This document shows positions 1-10,945 of a stretch of DNA of 64,000 bases, piece after piece. The position numbers and the translations under genes were made by a program. This DNA comes from Candidatus Binatia bacterium (GTDB lineage Bacteria > Desulfobacterota > Binatia > UBA9968 > CAXXLF01). Where the stretch lies: the NCBI GenBank assembly GCA_963664015.2, contig CAXXLF010000002.1, forward strand, positions 1,664,001 through 1,728,000, given 5' to 3'. The notes below the pieces were generated by a model. It searched no databases. It had not been told where the DNA came from and saw only the letters and a list, made by a program, of their open reading frames with translations. The stretch's first letter is position 1. Each line of letters starts with the position of its first letter.

Positions 1-91
1 CAACGGGACCTAAAGGCAGGAGGTGCAGGAGCGTGGTTTGCAGAAGTACACTGAGAAAAGCAACAAACAAAAACAGTACGAACAGTTTCAT
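1..91 (-). CDS. mreD: Rod shape-determining protein MreD (5' part, runs off window)
   Basis: Manual translation MKLFVLFLFVAFLSVLLQTTLLHLLPLGPV is hydrophobic and lies directly downstream of mreC. Confidence 0.8.
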   Translation of the reverse strand, partial: MKLFVLFLFVAFLSVLLQTTLLHLLPLGPV

Positions 92-131
92 CTAAGGCTC
101 AATGAAAGCAGAAACCGGACCTGAGATCCTG

Positions 132-965
132 TTAACCTTTTGTGGAATCATACTTCGCGGATACCACCAGGACCTCTTCGATTCGTGAGGGATCGATGGC
201 CAGTTGCACCCCGACATCCTGGAAGAGGCCGTAATTTTTCTTTTGTACCCTGCTGACCTGGCCGACCAGCAGCCCCTTGGGGAATATCCCATCCAATCCT
301 GAGGTTACCAATCGATCACCTTCATGAATTTCCTCATTCCTTGTGATGTACTTCATGACCGGGTCTTGCTCCAGAGAACCAGAAACGATTCCCCGGGCCC
401 GAGTTCGCTGCACGATCACATCGACGCCGCTATTGTGGTCCGTCAAAAGTAAAACTTTCGCACTACTAGATGACACAGCCAGGACCTGCCCCACGATGCC
501 ACCGGCAGAGACAACGGCCATTCCTTTACGAACTCCTGAATCAGATCCCTTGTTGATCGTTAAGCTTCGAGACCAGGTGCTAGCGCTGTTACCGATAACG
601 GCAGCTGCAATGGCCTTTCGGAAGCCGCGCCCCTGGACGTTGAGTAAACTTTTCAGTCGAAAGTTTGTCGCTTTGGCTTCCCGAAGGCCTTCCATTTCCT
701 GATGTAGCTCCTGGATTTGGTCTTTGAGCTGTTGGTTTTCGAGCCAAAGGCTGTCTAAAGTCCTAAAGCCATGCTGGATATCCTGCACCCCATTGGCCAC
801 AGATGTCAGAGCCCTCTGGAAAGGCCGCATCGACTCCAGGAGAAGAGGGCCAATGGGATCTCTCTTTAAGTAGCCAGTAGCCACGGAACCGACGATAGAG
901 ACGGAGACCAACAGGCAAAAGAACGAACTAAAGACAACCTGATGACTGCGAAAGAATGCGATCAC
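132..965 (-). CDS. mreC: Rod shape-determining protein MreC
   Basis: N-terminal TM, coiled coil (LWLENQQLK), INKGSDSGVRKGMAV and GDRLVTSGLDGIFPKGL motifs; follows mreB. Confidence 0.95.
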   Translation of the reverse strand: MIAFFRSHQVVFSSFFCLLVSVSIVGSVATGYLKRDPIGPLLLESMRPFQRALTSVANGVQDIQHGFRTLDSLWLENQQLKDQIQELHQEMEGLREAKATNFRLKSLLNVQGRGFRKAIAAAVIGNSASTWSRSLTINKGSDSGVRKGMAVVSAGGIVGQVLAVSSSSAKVLLLTDHNSGVDVIVQRTRARGIVSGSLEQDPVMKYITRNEEIHEGDRLVTSGLDGIFPKGLLVGQVSRVQKKNYGLFQDVGVQLAIDPSRIEEVLVVSAKYDSTKG

Positions 966-1012
966 GGATAGTTCTAATTTTTCTAATGTGGACCACTGGC
1001 GCCAGTTCGGGG

Positions 1013-2113
<1,101 letters not shown>

Positions 2114-2460
2114 TCAAGATAATGTATTATTTTGCTAAATTTCACCTGGGCCGCATATCCAGAGAAAGGGGGACCTCAGCGGTCCGCCATATCAATCTTA
2201 ACTCGTTCTTTGACTATGATGACGACCCATGATTTGCCTGGCCGGTCCTACCGTACCGGGATTTTTATGGTAGAATAAAGTTTTCATGGGTTTACGCCCG
2301 TAGTATTCTTTTCTTCTTCGGCGGAATGCGCCGAAGCTGCCGACTACAGTCGGAGGGTTCGTCCATCGCATTCATCTATAGTCTTATGCGAAGGCGGAAA
2401 AACGGGTCGTCGGTGGTTACTTTAATTTCCTTCAATTCGATTGGTACCTTCGAACTCAGG

Positions 2461-2489
2461 TTGACACGTATGAACTTCGCTGATATACG
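2461..2489 (+). promoter_or_regulatory. Sigma70-like promoter of the MlaC-like gene
   Basis: TTGACA-17 nt-TATACG, ending 7 nt before GTG 2497. Confidence 0.45.
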
Positions 2490-2496
2490 CCCATCT

Positions 2497-3096
2497 GTGA
2501 AGCTTCTAACAACTGATTGGATTTCACTCACCATTTTTCTGTTCCTTTCACTACCCTATACGGTACACGCCGGAGGACCCACGGAGAGAATTCGTGTCGC
2601 TATCCACGAGGGGATTCAAGTTCTCAAACGGTCCAACAACGGAGGCAGAGTTGGGAGGCAGGAAACCGTCGAGCAGCTTAGGAAGATCGTTTATCCGCTT
2701 TTCGACTTTACCGATATGGCCAAGCGCTCCCTGGGTTCCCACTGGCGCCGGCGTACGCCGGAGGAGAAGCGGGAGTTTGTAAGCCTCTTCACCAATCTCT
2801 TGGAAATCAGCTATGCGGATCGAATCGATCAGTATAACGGTCAGACGGTGACGTTTACCCGCGAAGATGTCGACAATGATTACGCCATGGTCGAATCTAA
2901 GATTATAAATCCGAAAAATGAGAAATTCACAGTCGGTTACAAGCTCTCGCGTCGAGATGGCGACAGTTGGAAGATTTACGACGTCGTCGTAGAAAATATA
3001 AGTCTGGTGAATAACTACCGCTCTCAATTTCATCGCGTCATCGCCAATTCCTCTTTTTTAGATCTCATTGCCAAGATGAGAAAGAAGACCCAATAG
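2497..3096 (+). CDS. mlaC: MlaC/Ttg2D-family phospholipid-binding periplasmic protein (start uncertain; ORF open from 2326)
   Basis: Signal-peptide-like segment, FDFTDMAKRSLG and WKIYDVVVENISLVNNYRSQF motifs. Confidence 0.85.
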   Translation: MKLLTTDWISLTIFLFLSLPYTVHAGGPTERIRVAIHEGIQVLKRSNNGGRVGRQETVEQLRKIVYPLFDFTDMAKRSLGSHWRRRTPEEKREFVSLFTNLLEISYADRIDQYNGQTVTFTREDVDNDYAMVESKIINPKNEKFTVGYKLSRRDGDSWKIYDVVVENISLVNNYRSQFHRVIANSSFLDLIAKMRKKTQ

Positions 3097-3106
3097 GGAA
3101 GTCCCC

Positions 3107-4309
3107 ATGGGCACTCGAATGAGCCGGGAAACTCTAAATCTGGTTCGTCTCTATGCACTTTCGCTTGTCATGAGCTTCGGGGTTGGAATGGTCTTTCCGA
3201 CCATCCCGGCACTGGCACAGTCCTTTGATGTTTCTCCCGGGCTTGCAGCACAATTTGTCACTGCACAGGCATTGGGAAGGGCGTTTTCTCTACTTCCCGG
3301 TGGGATCATCGTAGATCGTCTGGGCAGGCGGTTCGCAATGATTCTTGGGCCGGCCCTTGTCACCGTCGGTGCCTCCATCACCGCTGTCACTCCCTACTTC
3401 AGCCTGCTCCTGCTGGCCCAGTTCTTAGCCGGTGCCGGTGACAGTATCTGGATGATCGGCCGAGAGGTGTCGGGCATCGAGCTGACGCGGTCGGACCAGC
3501 GCGGTCGCGTCATGAGCGGTTTCATGGGCATCTCCTCAGCGGGTAACGCCATTGGCCCCGTCGCAGGCGGCGTCCTGACCGACTGGTTCGATTTTCGGGT
3601 CGTATTCTTTGCATACGCCTCCATGGCACTCATCGTGCTCCTTGTGTCTGCGGCGACCGCCAAAAAAGAAACCATCCATCGATCTCCAAAGGCTTCCGTA
3701 TTCCAGTTCGGCAAGATAAACGAAATTGATCCGTATTACCGCAGGACGTATTTGGTGCTAGTCTTCGCGACCTTTTGCATGATGCTTTACCGTACGACTC
3801 TAAACAGCATGCTGCCCCTTTATGTTGGAACCCATCTAGGTTATTCCACCACGCAGGTGGGAACGCTCTTCGGCGTCGCCGGGATCTTTGTTCTGATCAT
3901 GATCATTCCCGCAGGGATCATCACCGATACCATCGGGCGAAAGGCGGCCAGTGTTCCAAGCACAGCCCTCCCTGCGCTGGCTTTTGCCGCCTTTCCCTTT
4001 GTCGAAAGCATGTTCCCCCTGGCGTTACTCGCCGCTTTGATCGGGGCGGCGAATGGGCTTTCTCTCGGCTCCGTTGCCACCTCGACTTATGACATTATTC
4101 CGGAGGGTAAACGGGGCCATTTTCAGGGTCTTAGACGGACCATCGGCGAGTTGGGGGGTATCACCGGACCTATGCTGGGTGGGATTATCGCCAATAAACT
4201 GAACCCAGGTATGACCTTCCTTATCTATTCTCCCATGCTATTCCTCGCTGCCGGGTTTCTGGCCTTTGCGTCGCGTGAAACGCTACCCTCAAAGCGCCCG
4301 GCGAATTGA
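3107..4309 (+). CDS. MFS transporter
   Basis: About 12 hydrophobic segments; motif A GIIVDRLGRR and its repeat GIITDTIGRK. Confidence 0.9.
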   Translation: MGTRMSRETLNLVRLYALSLVMSFGVGMVFPTIPALAQSFDVSPGLAAQFVTAQALGRAFSLLPGGIIVDRLGRRFAMILGPALVTVGASITAVTPYFSLLLLAQFLAGAGDSIWMIGREVSGIELTRSDQRGRVMSGFMGISSAGNAIGPVAGGVLTDWFDFRVVFFAYASMALIVLLVSAATAKKETIHRSPKASVFQFGKINEIDPYYRRTYLVLVFATFCMMLYRTTLNSMLPLYVGTHLGYSTTQVGTLFGVAGIFVLIMIIPAGIITDTIGRKAASVPSTALPALAFAAFPFVESMFPLALLAALIGAANGLSLGSVATSTYDIIPEGKRGHFQGLRRTIGELGGITGPMLGGIIANKLNPGMTFLIYSPMLFLAAGFLAFASRETLPSKRPAN

Positions 4310-4596
4310 ACTTACCGGGTGAGCGCCTGCCGCTTCCAAGACGACAATCCTCCAAGTGGGCAAGTCGGTTAATTTCCTCAATCGTTGATTACTTCCAATA
4401 GATAGATCTAGTGGCCAGTTGCCTTAAGAATATCCATGGGGATCATCCCAAAGGACACAGGGGATTATTTTTCCTGGTATGTTTATTTTGGATCGGGGTA
4501 TACTCGTACCTCCGGTCAGCTGGAGATGTGCCACATGGGCAACTCGCGCTTATCTAGATCGTGACCGAATCCTGTTCAGTCCATAGGAGGCACCAG

Positions 4597-5088
4597 GTGA
4601 AAGCCATCAACATCTTTGTCATGAGTTTAGCCCTCGCGCTGGTAGCAACCGCTTATTTCCAGGGAGGGAATCGACTCGAAGCAGGCTTCGCCGCAGCAGC
4701 TAAAATGTTTGTTTCCATACTCCCCGCATTGCTATGCGCCTTCCTGATTGCCGGATTCATGCGTGTTCTGTTACCCGAGACTGTAATTCAGAATTGGTTG
4801 GGTAAGGAGGCGGGATTCAAGGGTATCTTCGTCGGTTATATTGCCGGGGCACTGACCTTTGGTGGACCCTTTATAAGTTTCCCCCTCGCCGCGTCGCTCT
4901 ATTCAGGGGGCGCAAGCGTGGCAACGGTAACAGCCTACATCACCTCTTGGGCATTGTGGGGTGGGGGGATCGTATTTTATGAGCTTGCCATACTGGGCCC
5001 ACGGCTATTTACCATCCGCATCGTCTCGAGCCTCATCTTTCCCTTGGTGGCTGCTCTGACCGCCGGCTATCTATCCAAAGCGACCTGA
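4597..5088 (+). CDS. Small putative permease (ArsP/DUF318-like)
   Basis: Hydrophobic 163 aa, WLGKEAGFKG..GALTFGGPF..FPLAASL pattern; GTG at 4597 follows AGGAGG. Confidence 0.65.
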   Translation: MKAINIFVMSLALALVATAYFQGGNRLEAGFAAAAKMFVSILPALLCAFLIAGFMRVLLPETVIQNWLGKEAGFKGIFVGYIAGALTFGGPFISFPLAASLYSGGASVATVTAYITSWALWGGGIVFYELAILGPRLFTIRIVSSLIFPLVAALTAGYLSKAT

Positions 5089-5152
5089 AGTCGATTCGGC
5101 TGCCTATAGGATTCGAAGAAATTAGTTATCGCTGTCCAGCAAGCACGGTGGC

Positions 5153-5206
5153 TTGACATGCGCCCTCCAAAGACTAAAATAGACAATGACCGGTCAGTCG
5201 GTCATT
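5153..5206 (+). promoter_or_regulatory. Promoter and TetR operator
   Basis: TTGACA(5153)-16 nt-TAAAAT(5175); perfect inverted repeat AATGACCG-N6-CGGTCATT at 5185-5206 upstream of tetR. Confidence 0.75.
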
Positions 5207-5235
5207 ATTAGAATACCACTAAAGAATGGGTATAT

Positions 5236-5838
5236 ATGTCTATTATCGTTGATAAAACAAAGAAACGGGTGGCTATCCTAAAAGCGGCGATGGTGGTTTT
5301 TTCCCGGGACGGATACCACCGGGCCAGGATAGAGGAGGTCGCCAAGGAGGCGGGTATCGGTAAAGGAACTGTCTACGAATACTTTCGTAGCAAGACCGAT
5401 CTCTTTCTGGACCTGCACGAACACATGGTCTCCGAACTGAAAGGCTTCTACCTAAAGGAACTCGCAGAAGTCCGGGAGCCGGATCTTCTATTGGAGCGTT
5501 TCATCAAGGTTGCCTTCGAAACCTTCCGCCTCTGGGAACCTTTCTTCCTCATCTTTTTTGATTTTTGGTCACAAGGGGGCCGGGGTGAGCATCAGGAACT
5601 CTTCCAGACACGTCTCAAGCAGGCCTACTCGCTTTCCCGCGAAGAAGTTGCCACCATAATTTCGGCCGGAGTCACCGCTGGGTCCTTCCGGCCGGTTGAC
5701 CCTCTGCTTACCTCGTCCCGTATTCTGGCCTGTCTGGACGGATTGGTCGTCCAATGGCTCTGCGACCGACAGGCCTTTGATCTGGATCGGATGCGAGATG
5801 AGCTGACGACCAGTGTCCTGAGGAGTTTACGTCCATGA
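5236..5838 (+). CDS. TetR/AcrR-family transcriptional regulator
   Basis: HTH IEEVAKEAGIGKGTVYEYFRSK. Confidence 0.95.
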   Translation: MSIIVDKTKKRVAILKAAMVVFSRDGYHRARIEEVAKEAGIGKGTVYEYFRSKTDLFLDLHEHMVSELKGFYLKELAEVREPDLLLERFIKVAFETFRLWEPFFLIFFDFWSQGGRGEHQELFQTRLKQAYSLSREEVATIISAGVTAGSFRPVDPLLTSSRILACLDGLVVQWLCDRQAFDLDRMRDELTTSVLRSLRP

Positions 5839-7088
5839 GCCCGCGTAGAATCTCCCTTTACATCATTATGGGACTGGTCTTCAGCACAACGCTGATCGTC
5901 TATTTCATCCAGGCGGTGTCCGAACCTACCCAGCCCGAATCCGTACCGGTGCCGGTGCCGGTGGAGGTCGCCGCCATCAAGCCTACGCCTTTCACCTACA
6001 ACCTGGAAGCATTGGGAAGCCTTGCCCCTCTACGTGAGGCTGAGGTCAGTTCGCAAATTAGCGGTCCGATAATACAAGTTCCAGCGAATGTGGAATTAGG
6101 TGCCGCGGTGAAGCAAGGGGAGGTACTGGCAGAGATTGATCCGACCCCGTTTCGTATCGAAGTCACCTACCGGGAAGCGCAGGTCGCCAGGGCCAAGGCC
6201 GGGGTGCATGCGCGTGAAATCGAGATCGCCCGCCAGAGGTCCCTGATCCCCATCAACCTTGAGATGCTCCGCCTTGCTCAGGCAGAGCAGAATCGTTTGA
6301 AGGATCTACTCAAAAGAGAATTGATTGCACAGCAGGATCTCGAACGAACCGAACTTGCGATGCACAGGATAGAAGAGGTGCTGAACCGCACGGAAAGTGG
6401 GCTCCAGGAGGCCAAGGTCCAGCTCACCGTTGCCCAGGCCGAGCTGGCATCGGCTGAAGCCGAGTTGGCACGGGCAAAGAATTCTCTAGAACACACCCAG
6501 GTAAGAGCCCCCTTTGCAGGCGTGATCTCGGAAAAGCTGCTGAGACTGGGAGAGCAGGTCTCCCCCGGCAAAGTCCTCATACGATTGGCCGACCTGAGCG
6601 TGGTGAAACTCCTGATACGAGTCCCTCCGAACGACATCGACTTTCTACGTAATGACATGACAGCTGAAGTCCGCGTCGATGGGTCCTCCAAGCCGTTCAA
6701 TGGGAAGGTCGCCTACATCGGTCCCAGGGCGGACGATAAGACCAGAAGTTTCCCGGTGGAGATCCTGATCGAGAATCAGGGACCCGTGCAGCTTCTACCG
6801 GGGATGTTCGGACGGGCCAGTATGCCCGTGCATACCTACCCGGAAGCCATTCTGGTTCCTAGAGCCAGCGTCCTGACTCCCAGCGGTGATCCGATCGTTT
6901 ATGTCGTGGATGCCGATCGCAGGATAGCGCTACACAAACCCATCACCATTGGCCGGACCTTTGGTTCGCGGCACCTGGTCACAGACGGCCTTAAAACCGG
7001 AGATCTGCTCGTAGTGAGCGGGCACCCCCTACTCCGGAATAAGGCGGCGATCCGTATCGTGGGTGAGAGAGAACTCCAACAACCATGA
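5835..7088 (+). CDS. RND efflux periplasmic adaptor (MFP)
   Basis: Lipoyl halves (VKQGEVLAEID, VRAPFAGVI), long helical hairpin, LLPGMF; ATGA overlaps with both neighbours. Confidence 0.93.
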   Translation: MSPRRISLYIIMGLVFSTTLIVYFIQAVSEPTQPESVPVPVPVEVAAIKPTPFTYNLEALGSLAPLREAEVSSQISGPIIQVPANVELGAAVKQGEVLAEIDPTPFRIEVTYREAQVARAKAGVHAREIEIARQRSLIPINLEMLRLAQAEQNRLKDLLKRELIAQQDLERTELAMHRIEEVLNRTESGLQEAKVQLTVAQAELASAEAELARAKNSLEHTQVRAPFAGVISEKLLRLGEQVSPGKVLIRLADLSVVKLLIRVPPNDIDFLRNDMTAEVRVDGSSKPFNGKVAYIGPRADDKTRSFPVEILIENQGPVQLLPGMFGRASMPVHTYPEAILVPRASVLTPSGDPIVYVVDADRRIALHKPITIGRTFGSRHLVTDGLKTGDLLVVSGHPLLRNKAAIRIVGERELQQP

Positions 7089-10000
7089 AGGGACTGGCCG
7101 AATTCTCAGTTAATAACCGGGTCATCGTGAATCTGCTGACCCTGCTTGTCATTGGCGCGGGGACATTGGCCTATTTCAGGATGCCTCGCGAGATGTTTCC
7201 CGAGTTTTCCCGGCAGGCTGTTCGAATCGTTACCGAATACAGAGGTGCCTCTCCAGAGGAGATGGAGCAACTCATTACTGCCAAGATCGAAGAAGAAGTC
7301 GCGCAGATCGACCACCTGGAGGAGTTACTGTCGGTTTCCCAAGAAGGCCGTTCCGAGATCCTGGTTAAGTTTCAACCGGATACGGCAATGAGCCAGGCCT
7401 TGAGTGACGTCCGTGGCGCCCTCGACAACGTCACCGAGCTACCAGACGAGGCCGAGAAACCCCGGGTCGGTGAGGTCAAATCCAGTTTCCCAGTGATGAC
7501 CGTCTCTCTGGCAGGAGACATCGACGAAGCGACCCTAAGGGACCTTGCCAAGGACCTACGAGACGACCTGCGACGGCTTCCCGGGGTAGGTGCCGTGCGT
7601 ATGCTGGGAATCCGCGAGCGGCAGATGTGGGTTGAGGTCGATCCGCAGCGTTTAGATCAGTATGGATTGAGCCTGGAGGATCTCAGGGTGGCCATTGCCA
7701 GCCACAACCGAAACGTACCGGGAGGCACGCTGAAGACCGCCCGCGGAGAAATCATCCTGAGAACTTTAGGCGAGGCCGAGGGAGTCCGCGACGTCGAGAG
7801 GGTAATCCTAAGGACCCAAGCGACCGGTTATCCCCTTACCGTCGGGGATGTAGCAAGGGTTCGGGAAACTTTCCAGGACGCCACAACCATGGGCCGATTT
7901 AAAGGTCAGCCGGCCATCAACCTGGTTGTAGTCAAGGAGCGGCAGGGCGATGCCATTGATATATCCGCACGGGTTCGAAACCTAGTCGAGGAACTTCGTC
8001 CACGCTTGCCGGAGACCGTGACCCTCGGCGTCTACAACGATTTTTCGATCTTTATCCGAAACCGGATCAATACCCTGCGCTGGAGTGGCGTGATCGGACT
8101 GCTTATCGTACTAGCAACCCTCTGGATTTTTGTGCGCACGCGAATTGCCTTGTTAACTGGCCTAGGAATTCCCTTCGCCATGCTGGGAGCCATCCTCTTA
8201 ATGTCCCTCTATGGGATCAGCATCAACATGATATCCCTCTTTAGTCTCATTCTAGTCCTCGGCCTACTGGTGGACGACGCCGTCATCGTGACCGAGAACG
8301 TCTATCGTTACGTGGAGGACGGGATGGACCCGCACCAAGCCGCTATCCGCGGAACATCGGAAGTGACATGGCCGGTAGTGGCCACCGTGCTCACTACGGT
8401 CTCCGCCTTTATCCCACTGGCGCTTCTCCCCGGTACTATGGGGGTCTTTCTGGGCCCTATTCCTCTGGTCGTGAGCTTTGCCTTGATAGCCTCCCTGTTT
8501 GAGGTCCTTCTGATCCTACCCTCGCACCTGAGCGATCTGATCACATCGGGCTACGCCCGCAAGGTCCGGCTCAAGGAACAGGCCTGGTTGACATGGATGC
8601 GTAAGACCTATGGTTCCATTCTTGCGCGGGCACTACGGTGGCGTTATGTAACAACGGTCCTTCTGCTCTGTATCACTATAGCCTTGATCGCCACAGCCTT
8701 TCACCGGATTCCTTTTGTCCTGTTCCGCGAGTTCGAATCCCCGCAGTTTTTCATCAATTTCGAAACCTCCACTGCGGCAAAAATCGAGGATACCCTGGAG
8801 GTGGCCAAGAAGGCGGAACAAGTCGTGCTCCGGTTACCGCGTAGTGAACTGAAATCGCTGGCAACCAACGTCGGGGTCACCTTTCTTGACGTACATCGGG
8901 CTGAACGGGGGCCCAATCAAGCTCAGCTAGTGGTAGAGTTGGAAGACGAGCGGCAACGCACCACGGAAGAAGTTATTGCCGAACTCCGCGAAGGCCTGGC
9001 CAAGATCCCGGGGATTACGAAGATCCAATTCCTCAAGCTCCAGGGCGGTCCCGTCGGTCCCGCCATTGAGACCCGTGTTGTCGGCGAAGAGATGAGTGTA
9101 CTGCGCAAGATATCGGAGATTCTAAAGAGCTTCCTGGAAAGGACTGCGGGCGTCCGTGACGTACGCGATGATTACACCGAGGGAAAGGAAGAGCTACAGA
9201 TCACCCTTCGGCCCGAGGCACGGGTGCTGGGGCTTGACTTGGGCGAGATCGCCCGTCAGGTGCAGCAGGGATTTCTCGGCGTGGAAGCCTCCACCATACA
9301 GCGACGTGACGAGGATGTGCCCATCCTGATCCGTTTTTCCGAGGCAGCACGAAGTAGTCTAGAGACCGTAGCCAACATGAAGCTCACCCTGGCCTCGGGG
9401 CAACGCGTCTTTCTTCGCGATGTTGCAATTTTGGATTCCGCAGTCGGCGCCAGTAAAATCCGCAGGGACGATCAGAAGCGGGCCATTACGGTCCTCGCCG
9501 ACGTGGACAATCGAAAGACCACTGTCTTTCAGGTTACCGAGCGACTGAAAAAGAGGTTCCGGGACATCGAGGCGCAGTTTCCCGGCTACCGTGTGATCGT
9601 CAAGGGGGAGAGGCAAGAGTTCGAGGAGTCAATCGCTTCATTGCCGCATATCTCGCTAATAGCCCTGTTTTTAATATATTTTATCCTTGGGTCTCTCTTC
9701 AAATCCTTCGTTCAGCCGCTGATCGTAATGGCCGCAATACCTTTTGCCGTGGACGGCGTGGTCATCGGCCATCTCATCATGGGAGAGCCGCTAAGTTTTC
9801 TCTCCATCATGGGCTTGATCGCCCTGGCAGGGGTGGTTGTCAATGATTCGCTGATACTGGTGGACTTCATTAACCGCTCCCGGAGCGAAGGGATGCCTAG
9901 AGACCAGGCGATTTTAACTTCCGGGATCGCCCGTCTGAGACCGATCCTACTCACGACGGTTACAACCGTGGGGGGACTCATCCCACTGGCATTTTTCTCC

Positions 10001-10180
10001 ACCGGGCAGGCCAAGTTTCTCTCCCCCATGGCTATCTCCGTGGTTTGGGGCCTCTCCTTCGCGACCGTCATAACACTCATTCTCATCCCCTGTCTCTACG
10101 CCATATTGGACGACCTGGCTCACCGTTTGAAACCCCTGTTGGTCCACCTCGGGCCCCCCCCCACCCCCACCAGCTCCTAA
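7085..10180 (+). CDS. AcrB/MdtB-like RND permease
   Basis: 1031 aa; GLLVDDAVIVTEN and RLRPILLTTVTT motifs. Confidence 0.96.
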   Translation: MKGLAEFSVNNRVIVNLLTLLVIGAGTLAYFRMPREMFPEFSRQAVRIVTEYRGASPEEMEQLITAKIEEEVAQIDHLEELLSVSQEGRSEILVKFQPDTAMSQALSDVRGALDNVTELPDEAEKPRVGEVKSSFPVMTVSLAGDIDEATLRDLAKDLRDDLRRLPGVGAVRMLGIRERQMWVEVDPQRLDQYGLSLEDLRVAIASHNRNVPGGTLKTARGEIILRTLGEAEGVRDVERVILRTQATGYPLTVGDVARVRETFQDATTMGRFKGQPAINLVVVKERQGDAIDISARVRNLVEELRPRLPETVTLGVYNDFSIFIRNRINTLRWSGVIGLLIVLATLWIFVRTRIALLTGLGIPFAMLGAILLMSLYGISINMISLFSLILVLGLLVDDAVIVTENVYRYVEDGMDPHQAAIRGTSEVTWPVVATVLTTVSAFIPLALLPGTMGVFLGPIPLVVSFALIASLFEVLLILPSHLSDLITSGYARKVRLKEQAWLTWMRKTYGSILARALRWRYVTTVLLLCITIALIATAFHRIPFVLFREFESPQFFINFETSTAAKIEDTLEVAKKAEQVVLRLPRSELKSLATNVGVTFLDVHRAERGPNQAQLVVELEDERQRTTEEVIAELREGLAKIPGITKIQFLKLQGGPVGPAIETRVVGEEMSVLRKISEILKSFLERTAGVRDVRDDYTEGKEELQITLRPEARVLGLDLGEIARQVQQGFLGVEASTIQRRDEDVPILIRFSEAARSSLETVANMKLTLASGQRVFLRDVAILDSAVGASKIRRDDQKRAITVLADVDNRKTTVFQVTERLKKRFRDIEAQFPGYRVIVKGERQEFEESIASLPHISLIALFLIYFILGSLFKSFVQPLIVMAAIPFAVDGVVIGHLIMGEPLSFLSIMGLIALAGVVVNDSLILVDFINRSRSEGMPRDQAILTSGIARLRPILLTTVTTVGGLIPLAFFSTGQAKFLSPMAISVVWGLSFATVITLILIPCLYAILDDLAHRLKPLLVHLGPPPTPTSS

Positions 10181-10210
10181 ATCAACCGGCACGGCCAAGC
10201 AGCCTGCATA

Positions 10211-10673
10211 AAAGCGCAAACCGCATGGCGCTTTGCGCAAAGCGTCATGACAATTAACGGCAGATTTTCGCTGATTATCGCAGATACGGATTCGGATATT
10301 TCACCGCAGAGATCGCAGAGAGCCGGAGGTAAGAGATCAGAAGTCAGAAATACTGTAAGCAGTATGCAGCAGAAACATTGCTAAGGACAGAATGCAATTA
10401 TTGTTTTGTTTGTCGGGAGACGACGACAAACAAAAAGGTGAGCACTTTTGCCCAATGGTCGTCTCCCGATTGGGCAAATATCCTTATCTTTACGAGCTTG
10501 GCGTCTTGGCGCGAAAATAGCTTTTCTTTGGTTATCTGTGGATATCTGCGTGTATCTGCGGTTAAAGAATCCGGATCCGAATACTGAGAACTAACAATCC
10601 GGACGCTATGCGGCCTGCGGTCCAGGCTGCCTACTGCAAACTGCCCACTGTCTTTCTCTTCCCCTCAGGGCTG
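10211..10673. repeat. Composite intergenic repeat element, locus 1
   Basis: Palindrome CGCTTTGCGCAAAGCG (10229-44); TTAACGGCAGAT (10254) paired with ATCTGCGGTTAA (10565); twin hairpins 10404-10478; end module CTGCCTACTG..CTCTTCCCCTCAG shared with other loci. Confidence 0.85.
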
Positions 10674-10723
10674 ACAACGTGGGGAGATTTGAGCTCCCCA
10701 CAGGATTGTGTATGATGGGCAAG

Positions 10724-10924
10724 ATGGATAAAATCGAACCCCTAAAAGATCACGTGGCGCTCGCCCGCTTCGCCCCGGGGGACAAGATCAGGTTTGGGGG
10801 CAAGACCTGCACCATTTGGAGCAAGACCACCCTCGCCTCCGGCGAGCCCGCCGTGGTCTTGCAGGGTGAAGGCAAACAGTTTGTCGTTCACGCCGCAGAG
10901 TTTCTCGAAGCGGTGAAAAACTAA
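10724..10924 (+). CDS. Small hypothetical protein (66 aa)
   Basis: ORF MDKIEPLKDH.. starts 7 nt after TATGAT; 21 nt from the next gene. Confidence 0.55.
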   Translation: MDKIEPLKDHVALARFAPGDKIRFGGKTCTIWSKTTLASGEPAVVLQGEGKQFVVHAAEFLEAVKN

Positions 10925-10945
10925 GGTCTGAAAGACGAGGAAACC

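Noticed and set aside
2326-2496. Long N-terminal extensions from the ORF track (mlaC-like; likewise cytochrome c 17710, nuoD 24239, nuoK 56380, tatD 63655)
   Set aside because: They overlap upstream genes or promoters and are non-homologous; downstream starts fit better.
10151-10172. C-rich homopolymer near the end of the RND gene as a phase-variation tract
   Set aside because: It lies in the last few codons, so slippage would only change the tail.
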